DNA of 32,000 nt from Idiomarina loihiensis L2TR (lineage in GTDB: Bacteria > Pseudomonadota > Gammaproteobacteria > Enterobacterales > Alteromonadaceae). The notes below the pieces were generated by a model. That model saw only the letters and a program-made list of their open reading frames with translations, was not told the origin of the DNA and ran no database searches. Shown piece by piece: positions 1-8,193 of this stretch. The translations under genes and the position numbers were made by a program. How positions within the stretch are numbered: position 1 is the stretch's first letter; every line of letters starts with the position of its first letter. The DNA is taken from NCBI RefSeq assembly GCF_000008465.1, contig NC_006512.1, positions 1,560,001-1,592,000 of the forward strand, read 5' to 3'.

Positions 1-928
1 TAGCATCGCCGACAAACAACAGCTTATAGTCCTCGCCGTAAGTCTGGATTAACTGTTTAGTCGGAATTTGCTCCTCGCGCCGGCGTGAATTCTCCCGCCA
101 CACGCCTTCATATACGCAGTTATGAAAGTAAAACAACTCCAGATGCTTGAACTCGTTTTTTAACGCGGTGAACAATTGCTCGCACTGGTAAACATAGTCG
201 TCCATTGAACCGCCAACGTCTAACAGTAGAATAATTTTAACCGCATTATGACGCTCGGACTGCCACTTCAAATCAAGTAGACCACCTTTTTTTGAAGTGG
301 CTTCAATGGTGCTGTTTAAATCAAGTTCAGTCGCGGCACCGGTGCGGGCGAACTGACGTAGCTTTCTGAGCGCCACCTGAAAACCGCGCTGCTCAAGCCG
401 GGCATTGTCATCCAGGTCACAGAATTCCCGCTTGTCCCATACTTTCGCCGCACTGCGATTACGGTTACCGTCCTGCCCAATGCGGATACCACCGGGGTGA
501 TAACCATACGCTCCAAAAGGCGAAGTTCCGCCTGTGCCTATCCACTTCGAGCCGCCCTGATGACGCTTTTGCTGTTCTTTTAAGCGCTCCTGAAAAGTTT
601 TCATGAGCTCATCCAGACTGCCCAACTGCTGAACTTTGCTTTTTTCTTCATCGCTCAAGTTGCGCTTCAAAGCATTCTCTAACCAGTCATGCGGAATTTT
701 CTCAGTCACATCAACTTTAGCAACTTTATCCACATATTCGCTGAAGGCACGGTCGAACTTGTCATACTGGGACTCATCTTTTACCAGAATAAGCCGCGAT
801 AAATAATAAAATTGCTCGACATCGGCAAACGCTAAGTTGGCTTTCATGGCACTAAGTAAATCCAGCCATTCGGTAATACTGGTTTTTAGCCCATGCCGTC
901 GCAGGGTTTGAAAAAAATCTATAAACAT
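1..928 (-). CDS. VWA-domain protein, CoxE-like partner of a MoxR ATPase (N-terminal ~309 codons; the gene continues past the window start)
   Basis: Absent from the ORF track because it is open at the window edge. Hand translation of the minus strand from the ATG at 926-928 is stop-free down to position 2: MFIDFFQTLRRHGLKTSITEWLDLL...KIILLLDVGGSMDDYVYQCEQLF... The hydrophobic strand plus DVGGSM resembles the MIDAS start (DxSxS) of VWA folds. The gene starts 10 nt after the stop of a MoxR-type AAA+ gene. Confidence 0.75.
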   Translation of the reverse strand, partial: MFIDFFQTLRRHGLKTSITEWLDLLSAMKANLAFADVEQFYYLSRLILVKDESQYDKFDRAFSEYVDKVAKVDVTEKIPHDWLENALKRNLSDEEKSKVQQLGSLDELMKTFQERLKEQQKRHQGGSKWIGTGGTSPFGAYGYHPGGIRIGQDGNRNRSAAKVWDKREFCDLDDNARLEQRGFQVALRKLRQFARTGAATELDLNSTIEATSKKGGLLDLKWQSERHNAVKIILLLDVGGSMDDYVYQCEQLFTALKNEFKHLELFYFHNCVYEGVWRENSRRREEQIPTKQLIQTYGEDYKLLFVGDA

Positions 929-938
929 AATGCGAAAA

Positions 939-1775
939 CTAGCGCCGTTGAATGCGAGCGTATTCAGCTAAGCGCTCCACATCTTGTTCGTGCTTGAGTA
1001 AAGCACCTGATAAAGGCAGCAAACCGCCCTGTTCACGGCTTTTACGCAATTCATTGGCATCAATATCTTCGACCAATAACAAGCGTAACCAGTCCAGTAA
1101 CTCCGATGTCGATGGTTTTTTCTTCAGCCCGGGCACATCTCTCAACTCAAAAAACAACGCTAGCGCGGTATCCAATAAATCACGATGTAAATCAGGGAAG
1201 TGTACATCGACAATGGCTTTTAATGTGTCGCTGTCAGGAAACTGAATGTAGTGAAAAAAGCAGCGGCGTAAAAACGCATCGGGCAAGGCTTTTTCATTGT
1301 TCGAGGTAATCAGCACAATGGGACGCTGCTCGGCTTTAATCTGCTCACCGGTTTCATAAACGTGAAACGCCATTTGATCCAGCTCGTGCAATAAGTCATT
1401 CGGAAACTCAACATCCGCTTTATCGATTTCATCAATGAGCAGAACGGGACGCTTTTCCGCGGTAAACGCCTGCCACAATTTACCGGGGCGAATATAATTA
1501 CTAATCTCGTGTACTTTTTCACTGCCCAGCTGACTATCACGTAAACGAGAGACAGCATCGTACTCATACAAGCCCTGCTGTGCTTTCGTTGTGGATTTAA
1601 TTGACCATTGCAGTAACTCGGTATCTAAAGCATTTGCCAGTTCCTCGGCAAGACGAGTTTTGCCCGTGCCCGGCTCGCCTTTCAGTAATAAAGGTTTCTC
1701 TAGCGTTACGGCGGCGTTAACGGCTGTCGCCAGTTCTTGCGACACGACATACTGAGAGCTACTGCTAAAATCCAT
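939..1775 (-). CDS. MoxR-like AAA+ ATPase (CoxD-like, 278 aa)
   Basis: ORF-track protein with Walker A GEPGTGKT and Walker B VLLIDEID. It has single-AAA+-module size and a VWA gene immediately downstream. An AAGGGA RBS lies about 6 nt before the ATG. Confidence 0.85.
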   Translation of the reverse strand: MDFSSSSQYVVSQELATAVNAAVTLEKPLLLKGEPGTGKTRLAEELANALDTELLQWSIKSTTKAQQGLYEYDAVSRLRDSQLGSEKVHEISNYIRPGKLWQAFTAEKRPVLLIDEIDKADVEFPNDLLHELDQMAFHVYETGEQIKAEQRPIVLITSNNEKALPDAFLRRCFFHYIQFPDSDTLKAIVDVHFPDLHRDLLDTALALFFELRDVPGLKKKPSTSELLDWLRLLLVEDIDANELRKSREQGGLLPLSGALLKHEQDVERLAEYARIQRR

Positions 1776-1836
1776 TCTGTATCCCTTATATTAAGCTTGA
1801 AACTGAGCCTATGGTACAACAGACACTCTGGCTGTG

Positions 1837-3771
1837 CTAATCGGTGGGCTTTCTGGATAACAGCATATCAAAGCGTTCAAGCACTCTGGCTATATCGGCT
1901 TTGACAAAGGGTTTTGTCACGTAATCGTCCATACCAGAACGCAACGCCTGAGTGCGTGTCTCAGGGTAAGCGTCCGCGGTAAGCGCAATCACATAAGGTT
2001 GGTGAATGTGCATATCCCGCAACGCTCTGGTTGCTTCCATACCATCCATATGCGGCATATGAAGATCCATAAAGAGTACGTCGTAGTCTCTGGCCTGCAT
2101 CATTTTTAATGCATTATGGGCATCACTTACCAAATCAACATATTGGTTAAGAGACAGCAGCATTTCTTTTATTATCAATTGGTTGATTTTATTATCATCA
2201 ACGACCAACACCTGTTTTTTCGTTAGCTTAGGCAAAACATTTTGCTCTGGTTGGTGTGCGCTTTCAGACTGAACGCTCATTGGTATGCAAAGCGTGAAGC
2301 AGGATCCCTGTTCAGGCTCGCTGTCCACCTGAATCGTGCCGCTTAATAACTGCACCAGGTTACGTACTATGGCAAGCCCCAGTCCGCTGCCGCCTTCCGG
2401 ACGGTTTAACCCATCCTGCTCTTGCTCAAAAAGTTGCCAAATACGCTGAGTATCATAAATACCAACTCCGGTATCCTGTACTTTTACGATAAGGTCGCCT
2501 TCGCTTTGTTTTTCGCTATCAACTTCCCAACTTGCTTTAATCGCTATAGAGCCTCGCTCGGTAAACTTTAAAGCGTTACTGACTAAATTACTGATCACCT
2601 GGGCAATACGAGCCCGATCCATTAATGTTCGCTCCGGAATATCAGCATCAATATCGATAATAAATTCCAGACCTTTATCTTTTACAGGCTGTTCAAACAG
2701 CTGAATAACATGGCCCAACACTTTTGCCGGCGAGTGAACACCTCTTTTGACTTTTAGCTGCCCTTCTTCGGCCTGGGTTAAATCGAGCACATCATTCAAC
2801 GTTGTCAGCAGATAGTCGCCGCTGTTCTTTATTGTACCCAGTAATTGCTGCTGATATGGATTGAGGTCTGTTGACTCCAACACAGAGGCGATACCCAGTA
2901 TACCGTGTAGAGGGGTTCGAATTTCGTGTGACATATTCGCCAGAAACACATTTTTTGCATGAGCGGCTTTTAACGCATTCAACTCGGCTTTTTTCTGTTC
3001 TGTGACATCGGTAACCGTTCCGGTGTAGCGAATGGCCCGGCCTTGGTTGTCCCGCTCTATAATCTTTCCTCTGTCCAGTACATAAACCCAATGACCGTCA
3101 CGATGCCTTATGCGATGAAGGCTTTCATAGAAAGGAGTCACTCCGTCCAGGTGATTCTTAATCGCCTGCCATACGTCGTCGTAATCTTCAGGGTGCAAAC
3201 GACTCGACCAGCTTTCTACATTCGTTTCCAACTCGCAGACATCCCAGCCAAACATACTAGCCCAGCGTTGGTTAAAAATAGTAACGCCGGTTTGCGGGTT
3301 CCATTCCCAGGTACCTAAACGGGTCGCATCTAAAATAAGCTGTAATCGGTTACGCTCCATCTCGAGCGCAATTTGCAACTGTTTACGTTCAGTCACATCA
3401 ATCAAGTAACCATAAAGATGGTTCTTACCATCTTCGTATCGTAATAGTACCGTTGTATCAGATACCCATACATCGTGTCCTTTAGCATGCTTTACCCGAT
3501 AATCCTGATGAGTCAATGAAGAGCCGGATTCCTTGCTAAGAAGTGAATTGACCTCCTCCATGACACGGGGCAAATCGTCCTGATTAATGAGATCCCGGTA
3601 CTGAATTTCATGGCTTTCTAAGCGCGTTTTTTTATAGCCTAAAAGGTCTTGTATGTTGTCTGAAACAAAACGTACTGGCCACCCCGGAGCATCCTCCCAA
3701 ATAAACAGACTTAAATGACTTCCCACATTCAGCAGAGCTGCGAGGTTTTCATTGGAAATACGTGTTGGCAT
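1837..3771 (-). CDS. Hybrid sensor histidine kinase/response regulator with two PAS-like domains (644 aa, no predicted TM segment)
   Basis: H-box MSHEIRTPLHGILG. ATPase boxes NLVSNALKFT, DTGVGI and GGSGLGLAIV. C-terminal receiver: VLVVDDNKINQ, FMDLHMPHMDG, TKPF. The N-terminal half has two PAS-type repeats separated by a coiled segment (ERKQLQIALEMERNRLQ). Confidence 0.9.
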   Translation of the reverse strand: MPTRISNENLAALLNVGSHLSLFIWEDAPGWPVRFVSDNIQDLLGYKKTRLESHEIQYRDLINQDDLPRVMEEVNSLLSKESGSSLTHQDYRVKHAKGHDVWVSDTTVLLRYEDGKNHLYGYLIDVTERKQLQIALEMERNRLQLILDATRLGTWEWNPQTGVTIFNQRWASMFGWDVCELETNVESWSSRLHPEDYDDVWQAIKNHLDGVTPFYESLHRIRHRDGHWVYVLDRGKIIERDNQGRAIRYTGTVTDVTEQKKAELNALKAAHAKNVFLANMSHEIRTPLHGILGIASVLESTDLNPYQQQLLGTIKNSGDYLLTTLNDVLDLTQAEEGQLKVKRGVHSPAKVLGHVIQLFEQPVKDKGLEFIIDIDADIPERTLMDRARIAQVISNLVSNALKFTERGSIAIKASWEVDSEKQSEGDLIVKVQDTGVGIYDTQRIWQLFEQEQDGLNRPEGGSGLGLAIVRNLVQLLSGTIQVDSEPEQGSCFTLCIPMSVQSESAHQPEQNVLPKLTKKQVLVVDDNKINQLIIKEMLLSLNQYVDLVSDAHNALKMMQARDYDVLFMDLHMPHMDGMEATRALRDMHIHQPYVIALTADAYPETRTQALRSGMDDYVTKPFVKADIARVLERFDMLLSRKPTD

Positions 3772-3872
3772 TTATTCGGACTCACTTTAAAGGCTTTCTT
3801 GCAACCAGTTTGCCGCAGTAGCAACTTGGTGTACACTGGCAAAAACAATAACATAAAAACAACGACATCCGG

Positions 3873-4343
3873 ATGACCCAGGCAAACGTCAATGAATGGC
3901 AAACAGCTCTACTGACACAAGTTGATCAACTCATAGAGTTGGCGCAAACCCGTTTACCTGGTCGACAGAAGCCAACTATCCGGGGGCCTGAATACTGGCA
4001 ACGTTTTGCAAAACATCATTATGTGCGAGCCGCAGACTTACTTAAAACCGGGCAAGGGTTTGAAGCCGCCAAGCACTTTCGGCGCGCCGCGTTATTTGGC
4101 CACAGCAAGGCCATGTTGTATTTAGGACAAATGTTTTTGCAAGGCAAGGATTTACCAGAAAGTATATTTCACGCTTGTTGCTGGCTAACGCTAGCGGATC
4201 GCGCCGGTGAAAGCGAAGCGGCTAAAATCATTGATGGTTTTCTACACCAGCTTACGGCAAGGCAATTAAACAGCGCCCGTCAGCTTGCCGCCGAGCGCTT
4301 TGAACAAATTTGTGATGCCAGTTTCGATGTTCATGGTTTGTAG
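3873..4343 (+). CDS. Sel1/TPR-like repeat protein (156 aa)
   Basis: AAKHFRRAALFGHSKAMLYLGQMFLQGKDLPESIFHACCWLTLADRAGESEAA fits the Sel1 repeat pattern (A..W...AA..G...A...LG..Y..G). There is no signal peptide and the RBS is weak. Confidence 0.65.
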   Translation: MTQANVNEWQTALLTQVDQLIELAQTRLPGRQKPTIRGPEYWQRFAKHHYVRAADLLKTGQGFEAAKHFRRAALFGHSKAMLYLGQMFLQGKDLPESIFHACCWLTLADRAGESEAAKIIDGFLHQLTARQLNSARQLAAERFEQICDASFDVHGL

Positions 4344-4344
4344 T

Positions 4345-5412
4345 TTAAGGTAACCACAGCTTTGTTTTTTCTCTTATTTTTCCTGTAGCAACCCAATCCT
4401 GAAGCTGATCCGCCATACGTTTTCCTGCATCCACCGCTTTTTCCCAGTAATCAATACGAGTCGCAGCGTCCAGCTTGGCGAAGTCAGTGCGATCAGGAAT
4501 TTTCCCGTAAGGCAGTGATTGAATAAAGTCTTCCGACGGCGTAATAAATACCACGCCTGGCCATTTCTTACCGGTAGTTCTGCGCCAACTCAAACGCTTG
4601 TCAAACCAGCCCGGAATCGCTTCTTTATGAAAGTGAGGGTAAAGCACCAAGCCATTCACGTCAGAGAAGTCCAGGTCAAAGTGATAGTCGGTAACACCGC
4701 CATCACGATAAATGCCTTTAGGTGCTCCGGGAATATCAACCACGCCATCCAGTACTAAAGGAATTGAACCAGTCGCCAGTAACGCCTGCTGAAAGTTATT
4801 TTGAGTTAATTCAACATGATGTGTCGGTAAGTCGTTCCAGCCTTTTGCAAAGCTTAAGTCGGACTGTGGATGATGAAAGATAACGCGCTCATAAAACCGG
4901 CCCAGCCAGCGACGGTTCATACTGTTAGCAAAAGCCGAACTTAACAATCCCAGCATCTGCTTTTTCGTTTCAGCAGCTGTCCAGCCCCTGCAACGTGCAA
5001 CAATAAAATGATGTCGAACCGCCGACTGTCCCAGTATTTCTGTTACCGCCTGATCAGGAACGTACTTGGCCAGCAAGGCTTTAGCTTCACTGGTAATTTC
5101 ATTCCGGTCGGGTTTCGCGCTGTAAGTCTGGGTTCTGTATAAACGACAAAATAAATCACTGGCGGCAACCGGGTCTTGCTGCCCCAATGCTGCGAAACGC
5201 CAGGCACCTGCGGAAGTCCCCAGGGTATTCAGCGGCGCTTTCTTGTCTTTAAAGAATTCACCGAACATCCATTTATCAAGCCCCTGAAGCACAAACCACT
5301 TCGGCCCGCCTGAAGCACCTAGCAGCAAACCGATATCATCGGCTTTCAGTCCCTGCTCCTGAATATATTGATAAGCCGACGAGCCTGCTTTTATGTTAAT
5401 CCAATCCGTCAT
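4345..5412 (-). CDS. Patatin-like phospholipase family protein (355 aa with the internal start chosen)
   Basis: GASGGPKW is an oxyanion-hole-like Gly-rich loop, GTSAG is the GxSxG nucleophile elbow, and RDGGVTD is the DG(G) catalytic Asp motif. I chose the ATG at 5410-5412 (MTDWINIKAG...): it has an AGGGAAG RBS and sits 14 nt after the upstream gene's stop. The track's longer form (to 5577) would overlap that gene. Confidence 0.8.
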   Translation of the reverse strand: MTDWINIKAGSSAYQYIQEQGLKADDIGLLLGASGGPKWFVLQGLDKWMFGEFFKDKKAPLNTLGTSAGAWRFAALGQQDPVAASDLFCRLYRTQTYSAKPDRNEITSEAKALLAKYVPDQAVTEILGQSAVRHHFIVARCRGWTAAETKKQMLGLLSSAFANSMNRRWLGRFYERVIFHHPQSDLSFAKGWNDLPTHHVELTQNNFQQALLATGSIPLVLDGVVDIPGAPKGIYRDGGVTDYHFDLDFSDVNGLVLYPHFHKEAIPGWFDKRLSWRRTTGKKWPGVVFITPSEDFIQSLPYGKIPDRTDFAKLDAATRIDYWEKAVDAGKRMADQLQDWVATGKIREKTKLWLP

Positions 5413-5426
5413 ACAACTTCCCTGTT

Positions 5427-5723
5427 TTACAGTTGTCGTTTTCTTTCTGCGAGAAAACCTAAGAAAAACAATATTCCAATGGTACTGACTGCCAGCAGGT
5501 GCAAAGGAATAAGGCTTAACCAGCCGGCTAAAACTGGCGTAAACCAGACGGTCAGCCAACCGTAACCAAATGCACAAACCACGATGAAGACCAAAGTCCT
5601 GAATACAAAATGCCAGTGCGCCACTTGCCTTTGCACCATGCGGTTCACTTCTGCGCCATAAATCACCAATAGTGTGGCAATGATCGCCATAGCCAGTTCA
5701 TAGAAATGTGGGCGGATCATCAT
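5427..5723 (-). CDS. Small inner-membrane protein, about 3 TM helices (98 aa; resembles what I recall as the DUF3392 type, unverified)
   Basis: MMIRPHFYELAMAIIATLLVIYGAEV...FVFRTLVFIVVCAFGYGWLTVWF...LLAVSTIGILFFLGFL. The track's long form (to 5897) would overlap the xthA start and lacks hydrophobic character. It lies directly upstream of the patatin gene on the same strand. Confidence 0.6.
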   Translation of the reverse strand: MMIRPHFYELAMAIIATLLVIYGAEVNRMVQRQVAHWHFVFRTLVFIVVCAFGYGWLTVWFTPVLAGWLSLIPLHLLAVSTIGILFFLGFLAERKRQL

Positions 5724-5871
5724 GCCCAAATTATTCAACACATTCTGCACGCTAGTACCCCTCTGAAAAGCATCGTCCGAGTATACGAATTTTCTGTCGT
5801 TTTCGCATCCCAAGTTTACGCTTTGCTGTGTTATCCTAAGCTCATAAAGAAGCTTATTTACAGGACATTCC

Positions 5872-6681
5872 ATGAAAATCATTTCATTCAATATCAATGG
5901 TATACGAGCGCGACTGCATCAGTTACAGGCAGTAATTGATAAACATCAGCCCGATGTTATCGGTCTGCAGGAAACCAAAGTGCACGACGACCAGTTTCCG
6001 CTAAAAGACGTGGAAGCCATGGGTTATCACGTTATTTACCACGGCCAGAAAGGTCATTACGGCGTGGCCATGCTCAGTAAAAAGCCACTGGAAAACCCGC
6101 AGTTTGGCTTCCCTACTGACGATGATGAAGCACAGCGCCGCATGATAATGGGTGATTATCCACTGGCCGATGGTGGCCATGTACGTATTCTAAATGGCTA
6201 CTTCCCGCAGGGCGAAAGCCGTGACCACCCTACGAAATTTCCAGCTAAAGAAAAGTTTTATCAGGACTTAATGAGCTATCTGGATAACGATCTTTCGCCG
6301 GAACAGCCAGTGATTGTTATGGGCGATGTAAATATCTCCCGTATCGATTTAGATATTGGTATTGGCGAAAACAACGCCAAACGCTGGCTTAAAACCGGGA
6401 AATGCAGCTTCCTTCCGGAAGAACGGGAATGGATACAAAGATTAATGGACTGGGGTTTTACTGACACTTATCGTCAGCTAAACCCGGATGTGGATAACCA
6501 GTTCAGCTGGTTTGATTATCGCTCACGTGGCTTTGATGACAACAGAGGTTTACGCATCGACCTTATCCTTGCCACTAAAGCTCTCGCCAAGCAATGCGAA
6601 GACAGCGGTATAGACTATGAACTCAGAGGCATAGAAAAACCCTCAGATCATGCCCCCGTCTGGTCTACATTTAAAGACTGA
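5872..6681 (+). CDS. xthA: Exodeoxyribonuclease III
   Basis: [18 protein letters not shown]...[14 protein letters not shown]...SDHAPVW closely follows E. coli XthA along its full length (269 aa). A CAGGA RBS lies upstream. Confidence 0.95.
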   Translation: MKIISFNINGIRARLHQLQAVIDKHQPDVIGLQETKVHDDQFPLKDVEAMGYHVIYHGQKGHYGVAMLSKKPLENPQFGFPTDDDEAQRRMIMGDYPLADGGHVRILNGYFPQGESRDHPTKFPAKEKFYQDLMSYLDNDLSPEQPVIVMGDVNISRIDLDIGIGENNAKRWLKTGKCSFLPEEREWIQRLMDWGFTDTYRQLNPDVDNQFSWFDYRSRGFDDNRGLRIDLILATKALAKQCEDSGIDYELRGIEKPSDHAPVWSTFKD

Positions 6682-6705
6682 TAGTCATTTTGCCGTCGGT
6701 TGGCC

Positions 6706-7140
6706 TTAGTGCTCTTCCGGCGGCAATGTTTCCAGTGCTTTACGCAAAATAATCGCCAAATCCATGTATTCAGGGCCTTTCTCACCCTGTGGCTGACACT
6801 CAACGCCCTGCTTTCTCAGCTTATCTCTCAGCTCTTTATACCAGTTCCGTAACATTGGCTTTAAAGGTTGTCTGGAACGCCAGCCGAGCCAGTACAAACC
6901 CTGCAAGGGTAAGCTCAACATAATAAGTGACAACATCAGCCCCGGGGCTAACTGCTCCTGCGGCATAAACTGCCAGGTCAGCGCAGCATTGAGTACCGCT
7001 ATTCCCGGAGTCCAGCTAATGGCTTTGCGAGTTATAGGGATAATTCGCGACTCTGCCATAGCGGCAACAACTGAATGATGAGGCCATTTATCGGCATACC
7101 TCTTTCCATCTCTTAAAACCGCAAAAAATGAACGACTCAT
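6706..7140 (-). CDS. yfbV: UPF0208 membrane protein YfbV
   Basis: The 144-aa protein aligns with my memory of E. coli YfbV (FF..RGQHY.K.WP...IFMP.IAV...LSLPLQGLWWLGKRS...L..W..E.R.KL). Confidence 0.75.
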   Translation of the reverse strand: MSRSFFAVLRDGKRYADKWPHHSVVAAMAESRIIPITRKAISWTPGIAVLNAALTWQFMPQEQLAPGLMLSLIMLSLPLQGLYWLGWRSRQPLKPMLRNWYKELRDKLRKQGVECQPQGEKGPEYMDLAIILRKALETLPPEEH

Positions 7141-7266
7141 GGTGACCTCTTAGACAAACCTGCTGTAATTATAATCGATTACTGAGCTATTGTACGATAT
7201 TCGCACTTTTAATATTATCTTTATTTTTCATAAAGTTACACTGTTACAACCGTGTAGTTCACAAAG

Positions 7267-7289
7267 ATATCCACAGTTAATGTGGATAC
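7267..7289. promoter_or_regulatory. Head-to-head pair of DnaA-box-like 9-mers forming a perfect 8+8 palindrome (aTATCCACAgttaaTGTGGATAc)
   Basis: Arms at 7268-7275 and 7281-7288 are exact reverse complements with a 5-nt spacer. Each 9-mer matches TTATCCACA at 8/9, mismatching only at position 1. It lies in the 202-bp AT-rich divergent intergenic region. Confidence 0.5.
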
Positions 7290-7342
7290 AGTTGCACCGG
7301 AGCTTTAGCTTTGCCACTATACTAACTGAATCAGTCAGTCGC

Positions 7343-7828
7343 ATGGTGTCAGCAGTGACAACAAGTCAGCTTCCTTCTCTTTATGCGCCGGTTACCGGTC
7401 GCATCATAGCAGCACAACCTTCGGCCGCAGTATGCCAGCATGGCCTGCTTGGCAAAGGCATTGTCATAGAAATGACCGGTAGTACGCTATACGCCCCGGC
7501 TGATGGCTCACTGAGCCATATCAGCAGTAGTGGCGATTACTTGTCGTTACGCTTAAACGACACCTATTCCTTACAATTAGTCATAGGTTCCGGCGATGCG
7601 TTCGGCAACCACGACGCTTTAACTGTGCTTTGTCGCGAACAGACAGAGGTTAAGTGTGGTGATCCTCTGGTTAAGATTAACCAGTCATTACTGCGCAGCC
7701 TTAAACCCTCGCAGCAGCGTCTTGCTGTTTTGCTTTGTTCATTGAATTCCGGGCACGATAGCGAATCGCCCGAATGGCTAACCCCGGGGCTTATTACTGC
7801 GAAAGACAGTCCACTTATTACTTATTAA
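7343..7828 (+). CDS. EIIA(Glc)-fold domain protein lacking both active-site histidines (161 aa)
   Basis: It aligns with E. coli Crr from memory: APVTGRII~APLSGEIV, GKGIVIEMTGSTLYAPADGSL~GDGIAIKPTGNKMVAPVDGTI, VKCGDPLVKIN~VKVGDTVIEFD. Crr His75 corresponds to Asp and His90 to Val. The start at ATG 7343 was chosen because the upstream part of the track ORF is AT-rich intergenic-looking sequence. Confidence 0.65.
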   Translation: MVSAVTTSQLPSLYAPVTGRIIAAQPSAAVCQHGLLGKGIVIEMTGSTLYAPADGSLSHISSSGDYLSLRLNDTYSLQLVIGSGDAFGNHDALTVLCREQTEVKCGDPLVKINQSLLRSLKPSQQRLAVLLCSLNSGHDSESPEWLTPGLITAKDSPLITY

Positions 7829-7848
7829 CACCGACAGGAGCTGTACCT

Positions 7849-8193
7849 ATGTTGCGCGTTTATGGCATTAAAAACTGCGACACCGTTAAAAAATCACTTA
7901 AATGGTTAGATAAAAACGAAGTCGCCTACGAATTTATTGATGTTCGCCAGCAACCACTACAAAAAGAAACCGTTAGCGGCTGGTTACAAAAACTGCCGGC
8001 GGAATCTTTATTGAACAAGCGCAGCACCAGCTGGCGCAACCTGTCAGATGAACAAAAATCTGTTGTCGACGCTAATGCCATAGCTGAATTAGTTGCCGAA
8101 CAACCAACATTGTTTAAGCGTCCGTTAGTTGAGTCCGGTCAGGCTGTTCATTGCGGTTTTAATGAGAAACTCTGGAGTGAACGCTACTTATGA
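7849..8193 (+). CDS. yffB: ArsC/Spx-family protein YffB (114 aa)
   Basis: [20 protein letters not shown]...FKRPL resembles E. coli YffB ([17 protein letters not shown]...IIKRPL). A CAGGAG RBS lies upstream. There is an ATGA overlap with dapE, as in the E. coli yffB-dapE pair. Confidence 0.85.
   Translation: MLRVYGIKNCDTVKKSLKWLDKNEVAYEFIDVRQQPLQKETVSGWLQKLPAESLLNKRSTSWRNLSDEQKSVVDANAIAELVAEQPTLFKRPLVESGQAVHCGFNEKLWSERYL

Noticed and set aside
4345-5412. The patatin-like lipase as a CBASS-type or other defence effector
   Set aside because: There is no cyclase, sensor, NTPase or other known defence partner adjacent. The flanking genes are housekeeping and the composition is unremarkable.
4345-5577. 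Long N-terminal extensions in the ORF track (4345-5577, 5427-5897, 7190-7828, 7774-8193, 11980-12999, 12946-13518, 16570-17076, 18742-19920, 22908-23483, 25637-26734, plus GTG/TTG starts at 10880, 14626 and 14763)
   Set aside because: The extensions overlap neighbouring genes or promoter regions, lack similarity to the homologue N-termini I remember, and are followed by internal ATGs with better RBS or spacing. I used the shorter forms.
6690-6726. A hairpin ttgccgtcgg/ccggcggcaa between xthA and yfbV as a terminator
   Set aside because: The 17-nt loop and weak T-tract make it a poor intrinsic terminator. I mention it only in the convergent-gene finding.
7141-7342. A possible replication origin (AT-rich tract, a 13-mer resembling the E. 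coli DUE repeat, two DnaA-box-like sites)
   Set aside because: There are only two imperfect boxes and no GATC cluster (no GATC at all in the spacer). There are no origin-type neighbours (mnmG/mioC/dnaA), and the AT-richness is normal for a divergent promoter region. I kept it only as a regulatory-site finding.
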